Below are positions 36,999 to 46,739 of a stretch of DNA of 64,000 bases, piece by piece. Below the pieces are notes generated by a model. It was given only the letters and a program-made list of their open reading frames with translations, was not told the DNA's origin and did not search any database. Positions within the stretch are counted from its first letter, which is position 1. Each line of letters starts with the position of its first letter. The DNA is taken from contig OZ244961.1 of the NCBI GenBank assembly GCA_965222715.1, positions 204,609 through 268,608 of the forward strand, in the 5' to 3' direction. The position numbers were made by a program, and so were the translations under genes. Source of the DNA: Minisyncoccota bacterium (GTDB lineage: Bacteria > Patescibacteriota > Minisyncoccia > Phycocordibacterales > JABMNX01).

Positions 36999-38975
36999 AT
37001 GTCACACGAACACCATCACAATCATGCAGACCACGGGGCACATGGAATGAGTCACGGTTCTGCCGCACAGTACCTAAAGCGATTCTGGATTGTTACGTTC
37101 CTTCTCATTCCGCTTGTACTGGTGCATCCAAAAGTATCAGAGATACTCGGTATTTCCTTTGGGCTGAACAAGTGGATACAATTCGCAATTGCAACAATTA
37201 TATTCGGCTTTGCACTTGTATTCTTTCAGCATGCATGGCACGAAATAAAGTCGCGCAAGTATGGCATGATGACGCTTGTCTCGCTTGCCGTAGGAAGCGG
37301 ATATTTGTTTTCTGTTGCTTCAACTTTCATTTCTGCTGTAGACGTAGAGTTTTATCTTGAAATCTCAACACTTGTTTGGGTACTGTTGTTCGGACACTAT
37401 TTGGAAGCAAAATCCAGTTCGGCAGCTGGAGATGCGCTGTCTGAGGTCGCAAAGCTTCTACCGAAGAAAGCGCACAAGCTAGAAAATGGTACTGAGACTG
37501 ATGTTGATATCAACGAGCTTCAAGAGGGCGATGTTGTTGTTGTGAAGCCGGGAGAAAAGGTTCCGGCAGACGGCACAATTACTAAAGGATTTGCGAATGT
37601 AAATGAGTCACATATAAGCGGCGAGTCAAAACCAATTGAGAAAAAAGAAGGTATGAATGTGGTCGCTGGAGCAATTTGTCTTGATGGATCACTCACGGTC
37701 AAGCTCTCCCGTGTTGGCGAACACTCAACAGTCGGTCAGATACAAAAGCTTATAGCTCAAGCTGGGCAGACTAAACCTCGATCTCAAAGGATTGCGGACA
37801 AAGCATCTGCTGTACTCACCTTTGTTGCAGGTATTACCGCGCTTGGGACGCTTCTCGTTTGGACACTGATTATTGGACAGCCGTTTGTGTTTGCGGTCAC
37901 GCTCGCTATCACGGTACTTGTTATTGCCTGTCCGCATGCGCTCGGGCTTGCCATTCCAACCGTGACAACCATAACCACCTCGCTTGCGGTAAGGAACGGT
38001 TTTTTCATCAAAGACCTCTCAAAGATTGAGATCATACGCAAAGCAAACTACGTGGTGTTTGATAAGACAGGAACACTTACTAAAGGAGAGTTTGGCGTTA
38101 CTAACATCGTATCTATTAAGGAACAAGACAAGGACAGAATCATTTCTATTGCCGCGTCTCTCGAACAGCACTCCTCGCATATCATTGGGCAATCCATACT
38201 GAAGTATGCGCGTGAGCAAAAGATTCAGGTCTCTGAAATCAGCGACTTTCAGAACATTGCTGGTCAGGGTGTGAAGGCAAAGGTAGGAAGTCAGGAATAT
38301 TTTGCTGGCAATGAGCGTTTGATCCGAAGTTTGAACCTTACATTCAACACACCCACGGATACCGACGGCACACTCGTCTTTGTCGCTGATAAAAAACGAG
38401 TACTCGGTTATCTCGTTCTCTCCGACGCAGTCAAAGAGTCTTCAAAGATAGCTGTCCAGAAACTGCACGACATGGGTGTAAAGGTCGCTATGCTTACTGG
38501 TGATAATGAACAAGTTGCACGATCGGTATCGGAAGAGCTGGGCATTGATACCTATTTTGCAAATGTCATGCCGGAGGATAAATATACGCACATAAAGAAA
38601 CTCCAGGAAGATGGCAGTGTGGTACTTATGGTCGGCGATGGAGTGAACGACGCCCCTGCACTTACCCAAGCTGATGCAGGGGTGGCAATTGGTGCCGGTA
38701 CTGATGTCGCGGTTGAAGCGGGAGACGTAGTGCTCACCGATAATGATCCGCAGGACATCGTGCGACTCATTACACTATCGAAGAAGGTATATACAAAAAT
38801 GATTCAAAATCTTGTCTGGGCGCTAGGGTACAACATTGTGGCAATTCCGGCAGCAGCAGGAGTATTTGCAGTCTGGGGATTCTTCCTACGTCCTGAAATT
38901 GGTGCGCTTGTGATGAGTCTTTCGACAGTAATCGTGGTAGTGAACGCTTTAACGCTCAAGCGAATTAGCTTGTAA
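36999..38975 (+). CDS. copB: copper-translocating P1B-type ATPase, CopB-like (His-rich N-terminus, CPH motif)
   Basis: MSHEHHHNHADHGAHGMSHG N-terminus; CPH in TM6, DKTGTLT, GDGVNDAPAL. Confidence 0.9.
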   Translation: MSHEHHHNHADHGAHGMSHGSAAQYLKRFWIVTFLLIPLVLVHPKVSEILGISFGLNKWIQFAIATIIFGFALVFFQHAWHEIKSRKYGMMTLVSLAVGSGYLFSVASTFISAVDVEFYLEISTLVWVLLFGHYLEAKSSSAAGDALSEVAKLLPKKAHKLENGTETDVDINELQEGDVVVVKPGEKVPADGTITKGFANVNESHISGESKPIEKKEGMNVVAGAICLDGSLTVKLSRVGEHSTVGQIQKLIAQAGQTKPRSQRIADKASAVLTFVAGITALGTLLVWTLIIGQPFVFAVTLAITVLVIACPHALGLAIPTVTTITTSLAVRNGFFIKDLSKIEIIRKANYVVFDKTGTLTKGEFGVTNIVSIKEQDKDRIISIAASLEQHSSHIIGQSILKYAREQKIQVSEISDFQNIAGQGVKAKVGSQEYFAGNERLIRSLNLTFNTPTDTDGTLVFVADKKRVLGYLVLSDAVKESSKIAVQKLHDMGVKVAMLTGDNEQVARSVSEELGIDTYFANVMPEDKYTHIKKLQEDGSVVLMVGDGVNDAPALTQADAGVAIGAGTDVAVEAGDVVLTDNDPQDIVRLITLSKKVYTKMIQNLVWALGYNIVAIPAAAGVFAVWGFFLRPEIGALVMSLSTVIVVVNALTLKRISL

Positions 38976-39046
38976 GGGCTGTAGACGTAAAATCCTGATA
39001 CGCTCTCGCTATTTCCGCAAAATCCCTTATTTCCTGTACGATCTGG

Positions 39047-39075
39047 TTCCAATCATTTAGGATTAAGTCCACATC
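39047..39075. repeat. intergenic repeat family copy (TTCCAATCATTTAGGATTAAGTCCACATC)
   Basis: matches 41396-41424 and related copies. Confidence 0.5.
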
Positions 39076-39113
39076 ACAAAAATAACCTCGCTTCATGCGA
39101 GGTTATTTTTGTG
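39075..39113 (+). terminator. long terminator hairpin CACAAAAATAACCTCGC/GCGAGGTTATTTTTGTG
   Basis: 17-bp perfect stem after copB. Confidence 0.55.
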
Positions 39114-39206
39114 ATGGCTGGGTGTGGGTGGATTCGAAAAGGTTGCCAGATATTTTGTGAGGTACGAAACAAAATATCGACAACCTGTACTGCTCCTGTA
39201 AGGAGC

Positions 39207-39245
39207 GAATCCTCTAAAATTCACCAGTTTTGGACATATTCAAAC
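39207..39245. repeat. intergenic repeat family copy (AATCCTCTAAAATTCACCAGTTTTGGACATATTCAAAC)
   Basis: matches 3' part of 41381-41443. Confidence 0.5.
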
Positions 39246-39316
39246 TTTATAGAAATTATTTAAAAGTAGTGTATAGTAAATTTATACACTGTAATTATTA
39301 GAATTTTCAAATAAAT

Positions 39317-40003
39317 ATGGAACTTATTCTTGCGTGGATTATAATTATTTTTGCAGCATCAACTTTCTCAGTATTGATAGGCAAAAAATATGGGGTTATC
39401 TATCCTACGACCATCTTTGCCACATTGGTTGTACTTGCAAATATTCTTGCTTCAAAAGTTGTGTTAATTGGAGAATGGACTGTCCCAGCGGGGACATTAG
39501 TGTTTATGGCAACCTACCTCATAACTGATCTTGTTTCGGAAATTTGGGGTAAAAAAGAGGCTCGAAATGCTGTTTGGGCGGGTTTTTATGCAAACATTAT
39601 GGCAGCCATTGCTATATGGATTGCAATTATTTGGCCACCAGCACCTTTCGCTCAAGAATTTAGTGAAATGTATGCCACAGTTCTTGGTGGAACATGGAGA
39701 ATAATAACTGCCTCTATGCTTGCATATCTTATATCTATGCATCTTGATGTAACATTCTTTCATTGGATTAAGGATTGGACAAAAGGAAAACATTTATGGC
39801 TTCGAAACAACCTTGCAACTATCCCAGCAAACTTTTTAGGAGCCGCGGTATTCGCTTTCATTGCTTTTTGGGGTGTAGTACCAAATATTTGGGTATTTAT
39901 CTTAACTCTAGCAATAATCCAGTCTGTAATCGTTCTTATTGATACGCCTTTTGCGTACATAATTAGACATTTGGCGAGTAAAATAGAACCTTCAAAAAAC
40001 TAG
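39317..40003 (+). CDS. yhhQ: queuosine precursor transporter YhhQ/DUF165 family
   Basis: 228 aa, 6 TM, conserved DUF165 pattern. Confidence 0.6.
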   Translation: MELILAWIIIIFAASTFSVLIGKKYGVIYPTTIFATLVVLANILASKVVLIGEWTVPAGTLVFMATYLITDLVSEIWGKKEARNAVWAGFYANIMAAIAIWIAIIWPPAPFAQEFSEMYATVLGGTWRIITASMLAYLISMHLDVTFFHWIKDWTKGKHLWLRNNLATIPANFLGAAVFAFIAFWGVVPNIWVFILTLAIIQSVIVLIDTPFAYIIRHLASKIEPSKN

Positions 40004-40064
40004 ACTTTCTACTTCTTTGATTTTTCTTTCCAAAGCAGACTTTAAGTTATGATAAAATAATGTC

Positions 40065-40730
40065 ATGACTGGTTATGATGTTAAGTTGGCGAACGAGTAC
40101 GCAAAAGAAAGGGGTAAATATGTTTACACGGACAAAAATCTTCTTTCCCTCATTGATAGTTTAGATTTGAAAGGAAAAAAGATTTTAGATTTTGGTTGTG
40201 GTGATGGGTATCTCTCAATAAAGTTAGCGATGAAGGGTGTAGGTAAGGTGGTTGGTATAGATTCCAGTCCACAAATGATCCATTTTGCTAATATAAATAA
40301 AGAAAACTCTAGATTATCAAATTTAGAGTTTATAGAATCTGATGGGAAAGAATTGCCCTTCAAAGACAACTCGTTTGATATTGTGTTAGCAAACTATGTT
40401 CTAGTTCATTTTCAAGAACTAGAAAGACCCCTAAAAGAGATATTCAGAGTTCTTAGAGATAGGGGTGATTTTGTTGCTACTATAAATAATGCGAACATTT
40501 CAGATAAGCTAACCAAAACGCCCACACCCTTACTCTTAGGGAAAAAGGTGAAGGTATTTGATTATTTAAGAACTGATACTTATACAAAAAAAGTTTTAAA
40601 AGAAACTAATTTTAATATTATTAAGTATAAAAGAGTCAACAATCCTGACGCAGTGATTGATCACAAATTCGAACACTATGAGGAGATCTCAGACTTCCAC
40701 TGTGTGCTGTTTTGGGCAAAGAAAGATTAA
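40065..40730 (+). CDS. class I SAM-dependent methyltransferase
   Basis: ILDFGCGDGYLS motif I, DIVLAN post-I. Confidence 0.75.
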   Translation: MTGYDVKLANEYAKERGKYVYTDKNLLSLIDSLDLKGKKILDFGCGDGYLSIKLAMKGVGKVVGIDSSPQMIHFANINKENSRLSNLEFIESDGKELPFKDNSFDIVLANYVLVHFQELERPLKEIFRVLRDRGDFVATINNANISDKLTKTPTPLLLGKKVKVFDYLRTDTYTKKVLKETNFNIIKYKRVNNPDAVIDHKFEHYEEISDFHCVLFWAKKD

Positions 40731-40781
40731 ATCACATCACGATCCACATTCATTGGTAAATAATTCTTTCAATCCTACTAA

Positions 40782-40823
40782 CTCTTGGATACATCCATTC
40801 CAACCACCTTTAGAAAGGTCTGC
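40782..40823. repeat. intergenic repeat family copy (CTCTTGGATACATCCATTCCAACCACCTTTAGAAAGGTCTGC)
   Basis: ~80% identical to 41384-41425. Confidence 0.5.
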
Positions 40824-40894
40824 AATACTTGACACACAAGCTGAAATATTATTTACTGTGATTAGTAGGTAATTCAAACAGTGGGGTAAAAAAC

Positions 40895-41311
40895 ATGACT
40901 CCGTATGTCACACGGTTTATTCCAGAGGAGGAACTGGCTCTTTTTGAGAGAGTAAAAGCTGCAGTTCAAGAGATGCCTGATATCGATCTGGGTGTAGATG
41001 AGAGAGGTAGAAAAGTGATTCTCTCTTGTCATATGCTCGCACGAGCAGTCAGTCGGGTCTTCGGTCTTGAGTATGCGGATGGCTACTTCTGTCGTTCCTA
41101 TCAGCATTCTTGGAACGTAACCAAGGATGGACACATTATTGATGTCTACCCAGTTGCAACCATTGGTGGTCCGTTGCTTGTTGACGGACAGGTGGCTTCA
41201 CCTGCACGAACCTTGTATACAAAGACAAGTGCCAAGACAATGTCACGAGGACGCTTCGGTCAAAACTCTTTCCGCAGGTCAGTCTCTCGAATTGTTCATG
41301 CTCTCAAATAA
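40895..41311 (+). CDS. hypothetical protein (138 aa), GC-rich within AT-rich patch
   Basis: ORF-track ORF; no homology recognised. Confidence 0.4.
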   Translation: MTPYVTRFIPEEELALFERVKAAVQEMPDIDLGVDERGRKVILSCHMLARAVSRVFGLEYADGYFCRSYQHSWNVTKDGHIIDVYPVATIGGPLLVDGQVASPARTLYTKTSAKTMSRGRFGQNSFRRSVSRIVHALK

Positions 41312-41380
41312 GAAAAGAAAGTTTTAAAAGGAGGTGTTAAGGCACCTCCTTCCTTGTTTCTAATTGAGCTAAGTCTTTTA

Positions 41381-41443
41381 AGTCTTGGATGCATCCATTC
41401 CAATCATCTCTAGATAAGTCCACTTGTTTTGGATATATTCAAA
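41381..41443. repeat. intergenic repeat family, most complete copy (AGTCTTGGATGCATCCATTCCAATCATCTCTAGATAAGTCCACTTGTTTTGGATATATTCAAA)
   Basis: copies/partials at 10658-10693, 39047-39075, 39207-39245, 40782-40823. Confidence 0.55.
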
Positions 41444-41482
41444 TTTAATTTAAGTAAATAGATATTGTGATACCATAACTTT

Positions 41483-41905
41483 ATGGTGTCCTTAATTTCT
41501 AAAGGTAATTTTTTATCTCACGAAGCTTTTTTAAAAGTTTGGAGTAATTTTGCTTTTCTTATTCCAGTACTTATTGCTTTGCATTTCAGTATGTATACAT
41601 ATGCATCATTAGTTTTTGTAACTATGATTGCGTCTATTTTATATCACGCCTCGAATGAGAAGAGTTTTAAAGCGCTCGATGTCTTTTTTGCTCATTTACT
41701 TATTGTTTCAAACCTATATCTTTGCTACTTATTTAATTTTCAATATCCATACTTCCACATAGCTTTTGTGTTTGTTTTTATTGCATTCTTTTTCTTCTTT
41801 CTTCAACATTATTCAGATAAAGCATTTAATCACGCAATGTGGCACATGGCTTCTGTTGTTATAACAAGTTCTTGCATCCTCGGATTTGGAATATTAATTG
41901 GTTAG
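41483..41905 (+). CDS. hypothetical membrane protein, very AT-rich
   Basis: 140 aa, 4 TM. Confidence 0.35.
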   Translation: MVSLISKGNFLSHEAFLKVWSNFAFLIPVLIALHFSMYTYASLVFVTMIASILYHASNEKSFKALDVFFAHLLIVSNLYLCYLFNFQYPYFHIAFVFVFIAFFFFFLQHYSDKAFNHAMWHMASVVITSSCILGFGILIG

Positions 41906-41936
41906 ATATTCTATCTGTCTACACCCTCCTCGATTT

Positions 41937-42416
41937 TTAAATCTTCAAAAACAAGATACCCTTCTTTATATCAAGGTATACAGAGAATAAATACGTTACT
42001 ATACCGGCTAGAAGTATGTAACTAAAAGATTTTGTATCAACAAGTGTGAACACCAACAAGCTAAGTATTACTATTTGATAAAAACAGTATATGAGGTGAA
42101 GTTTGCCATGATTGGTTATGCTTCCTTTTATATATCCAGAATTGCTTTTTTGTAAACTATTGAGTTTATAGCTTTGGTGCAAAAGAATTGTAACAAGTAG
42201 AGAAATTAGTATAGAAGATACCAAGAAGGGAGCATTAATTTGAGAGAAATCGTAGGTTATTCCAAAGACATAGTTTATAAGAGATAAACCAATAAGATCA
42301 CCAATTATAATAGTGTTGTAACTAGTAAATGTAATAGCAACATTCTTGCTTCTTGTTAGATAGCCAACAAAAATAAAACACAGATTAATACCAACAAAAA
42401 GTAGACCTACGTACAT
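41937..42416 (-). CDS. hypothetical membrane protein
   Basis: 159 aa, 4-5 TM; co-oriented with next gene. Confidence 0.4.
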   Translation of the reverse strand: MYVGLLFVGINLCFIFVGYLTRSKNVAITFTSYNTIIIGDLIGLSLINYVFGITYDFSQINAPFLVSSILISLLVTILLHQSYKLNSLQKSNSGYIKGSITNHGKLHLIYCFYQIVILSLLVFTLVDTKSFSYILLAGIVTYLFSVYLDIKKGILFLKI

Positions 42417-42418
42417 AG

Positions 42419-42787
42419 TTACTTGGATATTTTTTTACTAAACTTTTTACCAAACAGTGAATGGCGATGTCGAGAGATAATACCGTACCCAATGTATAAA
42501 ATGTGTCTCATTACTGGTAATCTTCCAAGCCACACTAACCACCTCCACTGCGGATAGGAGTGTAGTATTTCTAGCATTGCGTCAGCATTTTTATGCACCT
42601 TGCCACTTTCATCAACTACATGTATTTCTTTATTCACCTCTTCAAAAGTAGTATGTTGGGGTCGTGAACCTTTTGTGATATCTTCCATTACAAATTCAGC
42701 ACCTTTTTTTGAATGAGATACTTTGCCCACTAGTGCAGTACACATGGGGCAACTGCCGTCATAATACACCTCCTTCTTTTTGTTCAT
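42419..42787 (-). CDS. thiol-disulfide oxidoreductase DCC / DUF393 family protein
   Basis: YYDGSCPMC motif; start uncertain (ATG 42787 vs upstream GTG 42874, neither with SD). Confidence 0.55.
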   Translation of the reverse strand: MNKKKEVYYDGSCPMCTALVGKVSHSKKGAEFVMEDITKGSRPQHTTFEEVNKEIHVVDESGKVHKNADAMLEILHSYPQWRWLVWLGRLPVMRHILYIGYGIISRHRHSLFGKKFSKKISK

Positions 42788-42845
42788 AGATAGGTACAGT
42801 ATATCGTTAATTTGCTCATACATCATTTGTGGTATCGTGTAGATA

Positions 42846-43130
42846 ATGTTTAAGCGCACTAAAGAAGATTTCACTTGCGAATATTGCGGTTTCGAGGTTA
42901 TTGGAGATGGCTACACGAATCATTGCCCGCAGTGTTTATGGAGTAAGCATGTGGACATAGATCCTGGAGATCGAAAAAGTGAGTGCGGAGGTTTAATGCA
43001 ACCAGTCTCACTAGAGCCAGATGGTGTGGAATATCGCATTTTACACCGTTGTACGAAATGTGGGCTTGAGAAGAGAAATAAGCTTCAAAAAGGTGATGTA
43101 TTTGACCCCGAACAGGTACTAAATGCATAG
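42846..43130 (+). CDS. RNHCP-domain zinc-ribbon protein
   Basis: CEYCGF...YTNHCPQCLWSKH...CTKCG pattern. Confidence 0.55.
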   Translation: MFKRTKEDFTCEYCGFEVIGDGYTNHCPQCLWSKHVDIDPGDRKSECGGLMQPVSLEPDGVEYRILHRCTKCGLEKRNKLQKGDVFDPEQVLNA

Positions 43131-43189
43131 TTTGACTATGCGTTTACACATCTCTTGTGGAGTGTGTGTATCCATGCAATAGTTTATAT

Positions 43190-43615
43190 ATGTTAGATCC
43201 AATTGAGCAAAGTATCCCACGGAAGCCTGAGATTCCTCATTATCATGGCGATACTGTGCGCACCCTCTTTCTTGTTGGTGGTATTGCAATTCTCGCAACA
43301 CTACCGTTTTATACAAACCTTCTTATGATTGGCACAGGTGCACTTACTATTTTTGTTGTACTACTTGTACTTGGCGGCGCCATCGTTAATCCATTTCAGC
43401 GTTGGACTGTCTTTGTAAACCTTCTTGTTGCAGCTGGTGCAGTTGTGCTTTTTGAATATGCAGCAATTACTGGGTATAGTACTGACGAAATATTCCTTTC
43501 AATTATTCGCCAAGGACTCGCAATTATTTTCCTTTTTGCACTGTATTATAGCGGTAGAACACTTCGGGCAATGTATATGCACCAGATTGGTAAGAAGAAT
43601 GGTCTCTACCAATAG
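43190..43615 (+). CDS. hypothetical membrane protein
   Basis: 4 TM; ATG 43190 preferred to alt start 43157. Confidence 0.4.
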   Translation: MLDPIEQSIPRKPEIPHYHGDTVRTLFLVGGIAILATLPFYTNLLMIGTGALTIFVVLLVLGGAIVNPFQRWTVFVNLLVAAGAVVLFEYAAITGYSTDEIFLSIIRQGLAIIFLFALYYSGRTLRAMYMHQIGKKNGLYQ

Positions 43616-46600
43616 CTATCGTTTTACTAAAACACCAGGCTTTCTATGGTAAAGAATTGGCACAATGACCAGTGTCAGGATCACCGAGAAGAGTAGTCCA
43701 AAGATAATTGAGTAGGCAAGTGGTGCCCAAAGATCAGATGCATAGGTGAGTGGGAAGATACCAATTACGGTAGTCACTGTTGTTAGTAGAATAGGGCGGA
43801 GTCGAAGAGACGCTCCTTCAAGCACAATCTCTAACATATCTCGATCAGGATTTTTCCGTCGAAGACTATTAAGTGTATCAATAAGAATAATTGAGTTATT
43901 TACCACGATTCCTGTTAGCGCAATGAATCCCATAAGTGAAGGGAATGAAAGCGCCTTTCCGGTTATCGCTAGACCAAGCATAATGCCAATAAGTGCAAGT
44001 GGTGTTACTGAAAGTACGTAGAGTGCGTGTCTAAATGAATCAAATTGAAGTACTAAGATTGAGAGCATTAAGAGTAGTCCTACAATAAGCGCGTAGAACA
44101 TTTCGATAAACGCTTGGTTGTTTTCTTCATTCTCTCCACCAATTTTCATGGTTACCCCTTCTGGAATGGTGAGTTCATCTTCAGCACGTTTTTGGAATTC
44201 GGTCACAATTTCTCGGACGTTACCAGTTGCAGTGATTTGAGAACCAACAGTAGCTACACGTTCAAGATCTTCGTGTGAAATAGAAGTATTCTTCTTTGCA
44301 ATACTGGTCGTTAACACTGACCCTAGAAGCACCGGACCTTGTGGTGTTTGTATTGAGAGTTGATTAAGCGTGTCGATTGTAGTGCGGTTAGTGTCATGTG
44401 GATCGAGGAATGAGTTATTAAGGTTAAGTTTTACAATTACCTCTATATCATCTTCCTGTTGTTTGATTGTCGTTGCTTCAACACCATTTACTGCTGTACG
44501 GAGTGTTTGAGAAATAATGCTTGCGTTTAACCCAAGCTCAGAGGCTTTTGCGGTATCAACCTCTATAACAAATTGCGTACTATCATTTTTAAGACTAGTA
44601 GTAACATCAGATGTACCGTCAATATCTTCGAGTATCTTTGAAGCGCTAAGAGCAAGGCGATCAAGCTCTTCAAGGTCATCACCTAAGAAATTAATAACAA
44701 CAGGGGTACCAACAGGTGGCCCATCGCTTAATTGTGTGACGCGTACCGTAGATGTCTGCACCTGTGAGAAATCAGACCGGAGTACTTCAACAAATTCGCT
44801 TGAGAGAAGTGGTCGATCTTCGCGAAGTGTAATAAAAGCATTTGCAAGTTTCTCTCCAGATGCACTACTTCCATCGCCACTCGTGAATGCACTTCCTGCG
44901 CCACTAGTAATCAAGAATGACTCAATAACTTCATAGTTATACAGTAACTCTTCAATTTTTCGTGCCTCAAGATCAGTTTGAGAAAGGAGTGTTCCTTCAG
45001 GTAGTTCAACTTCTACCACAAGGTAATCTTGGTCAGTTGTGGCAAAAAATTCAACTTGTACTAACCCGATAATTGGGAATGAAAGGGTAATAAAGAACAT
45101 AGCAATAGTACTCCACACCCAGATTCGTTCCTTTCCTTTACTACCAAGAATGGCTCTAATTTTTCTTTTATACCATTCTTGAAGTTTTTTAGTATACACT
45201 CGCTGTGTGTGTTCAAAAGAGCTTGTTTCTCGACGACGAAGGAAGATTGAACTAATGAGAGGCACGAATCCGATTGCAACAAGAAGGGAAGCAAGGAGAA
45301 CAAAGATAATGGTAAACGGAATACTTGCAATAAATTGACCCACCACACCCGAGATAAAGAAGAGGGGAACAAACACTGCTACAGTGGTTAGTGTTCCGGT
45401 GGTAAGTGGTGTGTGGAAGGTGCGTATTGCTTGAAGCGCAGCCTGAACCTTATCACCTTCAGGGTTTGCCTTCATATTGTGATTAATTCCTTCAATCATC
45501 ACAATTGCCGAATCAACTAAAATACCAACCGCAAGAATGAGGGCAAAAAGAGATACAAAGTTCAATGTATTATCTGAAGCAAAAAGGGCAATGAAGGCAA
45601 TAGTGAAGGAGAGTGGTATCGCAACGCTTGCAATAAGTGCTTCACGCCATCCAATTGCAATTAAAAGTACCACAAGGACGAGAAGGACTGTTTGTAAGCC
45701 AGTGAACGAAAGACTCGAGAGATCTTTTTGTAATTGCTCTCCTGTATCAAACACAATAAGTGTATTTGCTCCATCAAGTAGTTCCCCTGGTTCTTTTAGT
45801 GATTCAACTTTCTCTCTCACACTTTGTGCAATACGAGTAATATCCCCGCCGGTCCGTTTAAACACATCAAAAGAGAGTGCTGGTTGTGATGGCTCTCCAT
45901 TTAAAGAGAGGCGAGAGCGAGTTTGCGCTTCAGAGAGACCATCTACTATCGTTGCAATATCGCGTACATAGACTGGCTCTCCACCAGATTCAAAGAGTGC
46001 TATGTTTGCGATTTCACTTGGATCATCTATATCACCTTCAAACTGAACGGTGTACTCAATGTTGTCAGTTACGATGCTTCCAATAGGGAAGGTGTTGTTT
46101 GCAGCAGCAATTGCGCTTACAACATCAAGAAGTCGAATATCAAATGTAGTAAGTGCCTCGCGATTGACAATAACCTGTGTCTCGCGCACTCTATCGCCAC
46201 CAATCGTTACACTAGAGACACCAGAAACATCAAGAATTGCATCTTCTACGTCTCGCGCCAGCCGAATTAGTTCTGGCTCTGGAAGGTCAGACGCAATTGC
46301 AAAGGTGAGCACTGGTTGATTAACAAAATCGATCTCGAGTACGTTCGGATCCTCTGCTTCACCAGGTAATTCATTTTTTATTTTATCTACCTCATCCTTA
46401 AGGTTGCGTATTGAATCATTAATATCAGCATCAGCATTAAACTGCACCGAGACAGTTGAAACACCTTCTCGTGAACTTGAGGTAATGGTGTCAACATCAT
46501 CGAGATTATTATTTAGCGCACTCTCAACTTTGTTTGTAATTAACTTTTCTATATCAAAAGCTGAGGCACCAGGAAATACTGTGGTAACAATACCAACAGG

Positions 46601-46729
46601 TATTTGTACTTCGGGAGATGATTCTTTAGGAATTGAAAAGAGCGAAAAGAGACCGAAGATAATTAGTACGGTTATGAATAGGTAACTAAAGTTACGACGT
46701 TTTGTAAAAAAGCTCCAAAATCCGTACAT
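43616..46729 (-). CDS. RND family efflux transporter permease (AcrB/HAE-like)
   Basis: 1037 aa, 12 TM, two large periplasmic loops. Confidence 0.9.
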   Translation of the reverse strand: MYGFWSFFTKRRNFSYLFITVLIIFGLFSLFSIPKESSPEVQIPVGIVTTVFPGASAFDIEKLITNKVESALNNNLDDVDTITSSSREGVSTVSVQFNADADINDSIRNLKDEVDKIKNELPGEAEDPNVLEIDFVNQPVLTFAIASDLPEPELIRLARDVEDAILDVSGVSSVTIGGDRVRETQVIVNREALTTFDIRLLDVVSAIAAANNTFPIGSIVTDNIEYTVQFEGDIDDPSEIANIALFESGGEPVYVRDIATIVDGLSEAQTRSRLSLNGEPSQPALSFDVFKRTGGDITRIAQSVREKVESLKEPGELLDGANTLIVFDTGEQLQKDLSSLSFTGLQTVLLVLVVLLIAIGWREALIASVAIPLSFTIAFIALFASDNTLNFVSLFALILAVGILVDSAIVMIEGINHNMKANPEGDKVQAALQAIRTFHTPLTTGTLTTVAVFVPLFFISGVVGQFIASIPFTIIFVLLASLLVAIGFVPLISSIFLRRRETSSFEHTQRVYTKKLQEWYKRKIRAILGSKGKERIWVWSTIAMFFITLSFPIIGLVQVEFFATTDQDYLVVEVELPEGTLLSQTDLEARKIEELLYNYEVIESFLITSGAGSAFTSGDGSSASGEKLANAFITLREDRPLLSSEFVEVLRSDFSQVQTSTVRVTQLSDGPPVGTPVVINFLGDDLEELDRLALSASKILEDIDGTSDVTTSLKNDSTQFVIEVDTAKASELGLNASIISQTLRTAVNGVEATTIKQQEDDIEVIVKLNLNNSFLDPHDTNRTTIDTLNQLSIQTPQGPVLLGSVLTTSIAKKNTSISHEDLERVATVGSQITATGNVREIVTEFQKRAEDELTIPEGVTMKIGGENEENNQAFIEMFYALIVGLLLMLSILVLQFDSFRHALYVLSVTPLALIGIMLGLAITGKALSFPSLMGFIALTGIVVNNSIILIDTLNSLRRKNPDRDMLEIVLEGASLRLRPILLTTVTTVIGIFPLTYASDLWAPLAYSIIFGLLFSVILTLVIVPILYHRKPGVLVKR

Positions 46730-46739
46730 ACAATGAGAA

